Positions 61,901 through 64,000 of a DNA stretch of 64,000 bases are shown here, piece by piece (within the stretch, counting starts at the first letter, position 1; each line of letters starts with the position of its first letter). The stretch is from contig MEDY01000083.1 in NCBI GenBank assembly GCA_001724265.1, positions 1-64,000 of the forward strand. The letters are read 5' to 3'. The notes under the pieces were generated by a model that was given only the letters and a program-made list of their open reading frames with translations, ran no database searches and had not been told where the DNA came from. Both the position numbers and the translations under genes were made by a program. The stretch comes from Rhizaria sp. SCN 62-66 (Eukaryota).

Positions 61901-64000
61901 CCGCTGCTCAAATTAACATTCGCATTGGCGCCAGCGCCGCCGCTTGACGTGTCGCGCGCAGTCACCGAGCCGCTCGCGTAGCCGCTGCCGCCGACACCGC
62001 CGCCGGCGCCCGACGCCGTGGCTTGGAGGGCAGCCGGCGCGACGGCGGGCGGCGGCGGCGCGCCCGTCGCAACCGGCAGCGTGGCTAGCGTAAGCAGCCA
62101 GGCGTGCAAGTCACTCGGTAGCGCCGTGGCCGTGGCACTGAGCTCGGTGACCAGCGGCAGGAGCATGCGGTAGAGGCCCAGCGTGACGGGAGAGATGGAC
62201 ACGACGGAGCGAGGTTCACTGCCACCAACAGACGAGCTCAGGCTCGCACTCGCGCCACTGCTGCTCGTGCCGGCGGCGGCGCCCGCACTAGCGCTGCTGG
62301 CGTTGGTGCTAGGGACAATAGGACGCTTGCCTGAACGGGAGAGGGGCAGCGCTGTCGCCTTGTCATTGTCCTCAACCGAAGCGACACTGCTAGCGTTGCT
62401 GTTACCGCTGTTGATAACACCTTCAGTGACAAGGCCCCACAGCACAGCGGTCGACGCAACGACACCAAGCGTGACAAGAGCCTCTGATTCGGCCAAGAGC
62501 TGTTGCGCCAGCGCTTGCGCAACGACACCGACACCCGAGCCGGAGCCCGCGCCATTGGTACTGCTACTGTAAGTGGCCGCGGCAATGAGTTGCGTAAGCT
62601 GACCGGCGCCGACGCCGGAGAGCGCCAGCGAGGACGGGGTGGAGAAGCGGCTCGGCTTGTTGTGCTCGGTGACACGAAGGGAGAGTGAGTCGAGAGCGAC
62701 TGGGGCCGCAACGCTAGCGGCGCTGTCGTCAGCAGTACTGTTGATTGCGTTGCGCAACGCAGGAGCGCTGGCCGCAGCAGAAGCTAGTGTTGAGGTGATA
62801 GCGACGCTGAATGGGGACGGGAACAACAGCATGTTACTGCTAACAATAGGCTGTTGTTGCTGTTTCTGCTGCTGCTTCTGAGGGATGGCAAGAGTGAGCG
62901 CAAGGGCACGCGCGCTCTCAAGGTCGTCAACACCGTTCGCACCAGCAGCACCGCCGCTGCCACTGCTATTGTTGCTGATGTTGCTGCTCGTCTTCCTGCC
63001 AGTGCCCTTGCGCTCCACACTCTTGCCCGACGCGCCCTTGCCAGCAGCGTTGTTGTTTTGCAAGGCAGCAGAGAAGTGGTTGAGCGAAAGCAAGTTGCTC
63101 GCGTCGGACGGCGAAAAGCTCCACGGCGCCAGCGCGCGCGTCTGGCAGTACAGTGCCGCAGACATCGAACGCGCGCGCGCAACGGCCTCGCGCGCGACCT
63201 GCACTGCGCGGCCCGGCTCGCCGGCGAGCAGGTGCGTCACGGCGGCGTTGGACAGCAGGCGTGAGAGCGAGTCGGCGCCGAAGAAGGCGTTAACGCTCGA
63301 GTGCTCACTCAGCGGGCTCTGGCTCAGCATCACGCCGCGGTCCGCGCTCGCGGTGGCGGCCACCGCTGCGGTGGCTGCGGTTGCGGACGAGGACGAAGCC
63401 GCCGGGGCACGGAGCCGTGCGCCCGAGAGAGACCTCGTCAGCTGCGACGGACTGGGCGTGCGCGCAAGGCCGCTGGGCAGGCGCGCCAAGTTCTGACTGC
63501 CATGCGCAGAGTGACCGTGCGCCGCAACGGTGACGTTGCCGGTCAGGGAGCCGCGCGGCACGCCGGTGGACAGCGTGCGCACGTGGCGCCCCGGCCCAGG
63601 ACTGCCGCCGGGGCTCAAAGCGACGACCGTCATAGTGGGAGCCGTCGCGCCCGTGGTCGGCGCAGAGCTGTTGGAGACGGAGGTCGAGTTGCCCATGCTG
63701 CCGGAGCCGGTGCCCATCATAAAGTTGGAGCCTGAGGCTGAGGCTGCAGAGGCAGCGGCAGCAGCGGCGGCGGCAGCAGCCGCTGCGAGCTTGTGACCAT
63801 GAGTAATAGTGGAAAAGATTGAAGTCAAACCGCCTTCACCCATGCGTGCAGCATTAGTGCCACTGCTACTCGCAGTGGTACTCGCATTATTAGCATTATT
63901 CGCATTGGTCGCGAAGTTCGTATTTGCACTGCCAGTCGTGTTGGTAACATTGGCCGCGTTCGTACTCAGCGACGACGTCGTGAAATAGTTCGGCAAAGCA
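46921..64000 (-). CDS. Giant (>5,690 aa, 5'-truncated) protein with two class-III nucleotidyl cyclase domains, two SLOG-like domains and a TPR-like region
   Basis: One open frame from the window edge to TAA at 46921-46923. Cyclase 1 is FFADVSN..WGSG..LGLHAGPV..RAARIKAVT (~57570-57140). Cyclase 2 is LFSDVKNYSKL..WGDG..VGLHAGPV..RAAMVEPVT (~48680-47990). The ADVLFAE..ELHV motif occurs twice. Confidence 0.88.
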   Translation of the reverse strand, partial: ALPNYFTTSSLSTNAANVTNTTGSANTNFATNANNANNASTTASSSGTNAARMGEGGLTSIFSTITHGHKLAAAAAAAAAAAASAASASGSNFMMGTGSGSMGNSTSVSNSSAPTTGATAPTMTVVALSPGGSPGPGRHVRTLSTGVPRGSLTGNVTVAAHGHSAHGSQNLARLPSGLARTPSPSQLTRSLSGARLRAPAASSSSATAATAAVAATASADRGVMLSQSPLSEHSSVNAFFGADSLSRLLSNAAVTHLLAGEPGRAVQVAREAVARARSMSAALYCQTRALAPWSFSPSDASNLLSLNHFSAALQNNNAAGKGASGKSVERKGTGRKTSSNISNNSSGSGGAAGANGVDDLESARALALTLAIPQKQQQKQQQQPIVSSNMLLFPSPFSVAITSTLASAAASAPALRNAINSTADDSAASVAAPVALDSLSLRVTEHNKPSRFSTPSSLALSGVGAGQLTQLIAAATYSSSTNGAGSGSGVGVVAQALAQQLLAESEALVTLGVVASTAVLWGLVTEGVINSGNSNASSVASVEDNDKATALPLSRSGKRPIVPSTNASSASAGAAAGTSSSGASASLSSSVGGSEPRSVVSISPVTLGLYRMLLPLVTELSATATALPSDLHAWLLTLATLPVATGAPPPPAVAPAALQATASGAGGGVGGSGYASGSVTARDTSSGGAGANANVNLSSGSGVFSNSGILTLPPLFNTAGSTSGMNGGRTAAVATGSVGNSGSGGFDGISGLGGAGNGEDGNVLYPPPPPVAHATASSVAAAPRTTLNSSANALRSGSGATGILSPSHALKGPSSAHAAGSPLPSRLSYVQAGLFGFLCASRLTSLSRGSLLALDGYSLNLSLLARLGSALASASGINLCYSTSGLATLPRAPVRALLHNPPGQRPATAGADAANAASTSASTMAGSQLPAEAVICPLYGFQSHSARKFTSNTSSSSGSSDEKTSVDSAIGEVPHSFGTVLVFCGHRADLPPPASARIASDVTYAGPQPAHATVSATTGLPTVGAGGSNSGGALAQSLTPALTPGAFITARAHYIATAGVLADVRAGVDPTTRAYLGGATHMTSANADTSNSNSGKLPCSLYMNDASSNVSAGTNASKSAANAASMSALHDVAGSLGVNIGPNRAFETIASLPIISPKNDANMGANSYTDDDSSNARPESPSRVKRTLTARGNSNSTNGSPATHIPPVAVTDPSLSCDLTVAEELAVLTAMNAVHPTTPRLCARLADAIADRVATLPPVRVAFCFLCSGADVLFAELMLQQNTELHVFVPFDPKDFFLGSVDYSVHGLAQWRARAQVVLQRAVVHYTTNERFLNDMILYDFARDSMKGLAYLRASQLSCKCVCMSVVDSRMLLHARRKRANIAAAAAAAAAAEAAAASSIAAATASAANVDANSKPGAATARNNAGAGGNGRRNQGTADDKNSSTRDAPNSSFGDSQSFDDDGADGNTEAGRARRHSIAMDTVSQLLASVDEDIVAVNTKNSAKKYSVSGVVSGNVLVEDGFNLGTSTSAYPRGVNHGTVNANGSNNNTNNGTGSSSTAATIFEAPPVQFTVHYHRFPIGPVESFILDWETAGHAVELIDIFSLRLKLADDLAACALSHGRAAWVLPRASLQFLLAHAAAAAAAGKDAALGDLTGRGGAVEREAQAYISAGAVDALAFANNSSSTGRAAAASTASSTNAGAGASAKAAPGATAGVAKGDNAPSAAVAVAAAAANTATALANASSRAPLSLTVTVSATVRARLPLLLAPGLPLLYAGPVPTVTPLSTLIATAFAAGAKPQPSEAEANNNSRSGARARAAAANNANSAASNSSSTAVGANAVNVPVLTQLEGLNMSWASIAQIKTRRAQASAFSADTAATLTYTSLSKLPFSEHRRLCPALPGTIAAAVIAKLGVAGALETWLAGKTKIFKDGSQSVAAANAAKSGSTARTSASTSTNAGPGAGTTASAAAASVSPVSSLPSPTPSIVRQGSLSPQSLTATSSGTAHANSLPRPQSPTALPSPTASVNSPTSAGISTRSKRAGAANSNLSATGAEAYTEIELQSLRALPQQSPNMGATANTNPNAPKDQLQRQQIQPEPSPTSSDSQSEESQLSSFTTNSGFVMGVTAEASLDLASAMKAALNAPRVVRYFFFADVSNVDLLMERHMPRFYRRFYSVLMEVAETTGYVPVYTENWGSGLYCVFDSVQGCASFGIQLIQHMKRISWASLGLAANTNVRLGLHAGPVFPGYNPVMGKMCYFGAHVCRAARIKAVTPAGCILASEQFVCALFHHYSSPDASSLYSQGAFALGSAGFGNVPATGPAAEAIGAAPGTRLRWATTVAIGPSSSSGANVNAITANAGAAEHGSESSTGHTSRNKNNSHATSASADTTSSGSSVYKRPLNQQEEMQLRIATLRALGLPTALVCGNAAAAVEAAEAAEEAAAAEAEMRGANHSKSQRGRKNNDDDDDDDDDDDDETAGDDESLRKHARSTAHSMKRKGSVSADTGKNAAGSSITPRQPDGAPAAQPSHRRAARVTTDAADSSNGARRGRGGSSLNGNGRKSKSKLSSAQPNYSGDHDDDDANGAGGNGGTNKSPSHPDSIRALAKADLQAPLTCEFLGFRDLAKNYDTCLLFRLSLPREVAGVTVGSVRVPRPLDISQSEGAVWESLASVAKSSGGNAGGATTAANANASAASAATSGAGAGAGATSAAVAAAAAAAAAVLKESLIALPTHVAAFPCDFGLPAWGQLISPSLLFAHTNGTNIASNGNVVSGVNAAARAMFGPLGHGLLATVVIPVPSANTGAAHGRNTAKAVAAVPTAAPVASLANNTAATTVAVTSAAGASASASPGGSLSARVIGSHRRASSMTLKGFAPAAVGSVTARAPAAASTATASPAITTSTSGDSNSNNNNAKSPTAATTNSGGAAESSGANANAAAAATTMVMLMGTKRVVINIEALAPQSDLASVLASLALEVLSLQFLPFAQLTQPQHQGVGSGVHSSTYTLPPRVATGALQLLRQFRSAAMASLLARSPQAPHKPLAAAAQTRTLSVLTALAAAVSSSNSSSNVGNTSAAIAARIKQIMVAPALPASGVAATSGARAPNGSANSAGNSSTAVDSNNTSRLSLLRHADSSASNSSATSSAAMPTQSVRPVRTPLPSPPSPLSSSPSGGGSSPRAGASPGSALRTLSRRSTFVPPSSGSESGLLAAWEMLRDLDEHPQEAEDLPPNYTSALADAFIVFSEDGNSSFGAQALQPEAIRRIVGTLIENEQALKAWQLTSLALKDPRWENDVWMRFYHAQTLYLSRNMRMAEAELKKMLTAIFDAEEEADVVGARVRSKTLKAAQAAQLQHQQQVLQMTLEQQQQLQQQLNGKRATQSAAEMEEAAAAAGAAARSAHLNNKYPVAVRSHVLELAGQMKQDRHQYVRLRYRRSVAQHMNTMASEAPPPSLTTGPSAGAGGANVSYSNVDPAAAAASYVDTLRARAHEMVDNRLMRLAFEAAGFYLQAFRLTRSPRAAINAASMLLVTGQLNKAEAVAKHVVSIVAHELVDATRKARIEDEEMALLLSQNDDDYGDNSDEDDSDEDAENNGTCNGANSDMEGNNTDSVTTDDESSAFESASHSRSSSQQRNRSSSVAAQRVRARLRRRSLELWALVRDHIVLWHNADLRKVQSGLSVPSRRPTRNGSSSSSTALALPLPPVRGGGIDLARVPSLTSAVASTALANNASASDTDSSMTKAKRSRSRALVAGSTAVVESDADASQRAARHEARQQRSRRRRLRARLDATALSELVQTRRERSEENRYRMLSFMARAYAILGQRRDATLWQQRALAQSSLMANKRHALACLGDSTLMLRLLQFAKPYPTVVTKLLEMHKPFRVVVFASHHVEIGKKVSQNTYMNEYNTYNISTKVAMNAQAAAAAAAKHSSNASTNNSTNSGFGNAPPSPTANSANSAANASNKNATSGTAQPVDTTSYAAQFGTSPLRALMYEHICREIDLLQPSVGFTLLLTDADVLFAEAMMSRQLELHVCMLFDKEDLFTYALEGGMHGNENPGVWRARLDRVVTSASAGGTLHYITTERFRRSDPSWSMLFELGRRICQGLAILRTYDMRAGKPHLLLALADHPDQLDQDVHGAEATAAAAAAAAAARAAAASAATVAANRRRRARRAAAAAAAAAAATSGSRGDDYYNTNGNTVTDAALNSDDENNGMGSFVGSENEDEDGTHHDYDSVDDNDDDDYENDSADDDENQHVGVLSQGDGSKKLRIMTFGTSQRAQRSRKNRRSALAAANNGANASSPRAAGALSTAAHGASAGGAGSAAAAAAAGSGRSILANARSRAESERQQQLSRAQAAALAQRSSDAAAFAAAVGAAADEDSDSDLEASTAVVTSGAKGNGGAAHRLHAPDLYYYGTELDEVDLAGSAGWPLCPSWEKFAVQVVPQWSSVTATLGLQVVAAYPLPVPAVSATDAANAAVAAAVAIGSAAAVMAANDPTSAAAAAASGGRRGSVAGMNPRGSVALTGLSLSINAVGGTAAPAAPLTPTGGSGSRPQSGRRGSLAMATGAAHSSTAAAAAAAAAAAASGLGAASYASTDVATLASPAQATASVSIAHANPYMLGAAAAGLPFALAAATGGKRAARALQSVTATAIATGVPGPAALAAAAVAGHGSSTAATAANTAAAAAAAAAVAAGASVPGIASLNLGRRSSISNGKVTTPAAAMHNVAPAVLSAVTASLKATAAALGPGAVIPLRTVPASTLAAASVKQALAAVAAPAFLMPSAHGHTLTAFAPAGTAVIVPTAPAAGAENDPVAAAAAATVGVATAIATQQQQLQQQQQQNSKSGAGSGPGVAWTGARMVLLPPLKRFAMTQTIDVQRRSVSNINANSVPLAPSPSPLSNTTTINGSSNSNANANKPAINATANVSVNAGATVGGVVPGRAVSLDTAMAALSLPPLVPATEVISSAAAAAARPLSPDPNSPYGNGSTYNNYGRPNSPYLASGARAVSPGTMSRVIGGRSEGDGGSPQPGARSLSPTLWMGPAGADGNTHHHNGNSYAHGSNINSVLTFPPLVTSQDWSVATCFLPTSATRLARVRNDPPERSPRTLNRMYPSEFKRIQRFMLFSDVKNYSKLTEEVLPLFNAYFLQLVRTTMESMGNYNSGNAGVAGNPGNADPMRSQSLGPQSQPQRRATVIPLGSAAVGASTGGGHSNSTALTALAAATGGNTSSHGAHGGPHGYGGSASSSIVEHASTWGDGLLCVFADAIDCAVFALKLLGKVNETQWTALGLPATTTVRVGLHAGPVFTGFDPLIHDFAYYGRHVERAAMVEPVTTAGCVFCTQQFAALLSLQQARLGKSQRLLEIDFVTTVQLHQEREQTHETKQQAGDSAAAKKPAAANAAGGAGGNTNAGGNSAGDATGANASVSEGISASMTAAMVDEYANCPLFNITWKEGRDPTSLTATMTNSSSISSTNNATSGSSHRQQQQVVLSALPSPSHWSPLASPATTRANANASASNANNAESSKTPFANSGTVVLATRNNNTVFTPRTNNNTNTSAIAASTRNIPTSQHQHQQRQAAPATTSASVASAASNNNAVQSMPARNIGDDVSSSRAAGESELPPKRGHVFTFGLEASAPLDASAAAAAAAANNKSHSRSHTKAVSSSESNANTMAAAVSVLVRAEADAEEDVDDTVIDMRRRASLV

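Noticed and set aside
1-64000. TAA or TGA also reassigned
   Set aside because: Both occur at the expected C-termini followed by non-coding sequence, and I found neither inside an inferred exon.
1-64000. Suppressor tRNA(CUA), snRNA or SL RNA genes, CRISPR arrays, transposons, prokaryotic operons
   Set aside because: None recognised by eye. The only cloverleaf has anticodon TAC, the repeats are simple microsatellites, and the gene structure is eukaryotic.

Overview
Gene-dense nuclear DNA of a flagellated microbial eukaryote. Exons are GC-rich, and AT-rich GT-AG introns run 135-289 nt. A CFAP91 homolog implies cilia or flagella; the taxon cannot be determined from the window. I can support 15 protein genes: MRI1, ADK, a SET-domain protein, IMP4, METTL9, an RS-rich orphan, CFAP91, CFDP1/SWC5, a class-III aminotransferase, a rhomboid, NOP9, COX10, a PPR protein, an ankyrin+RRM protein, and a 5'-truncated >5,690-aa tandem nucleotidyl-cyclase protein. 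There is also one tRNA-Val(UAC). Main signal: TAG appears to be a sense codon. It sits in frame inside METTL9, COX10 and the PPR gene, and none of the other 14 genes stops with it (9 TAA, 5 TGA). This points to a variant nuclear code in which UAG and UAA differ (best guess Gln, not proven). Other signals: (i) a splice-acceptor-like YAG just before almost every start codon, possibly spliced-leader trans-splicing; (ii) an unusual GTACG donor consensus; (iii) a giant intronless protein with two SLOG-like+cyclase modules and a TPR-like region, whose cyclase active sites are degenerate in complementary ways; (iv) a Val tRNA with initiator-like features. Exon boundaries were read by eye.
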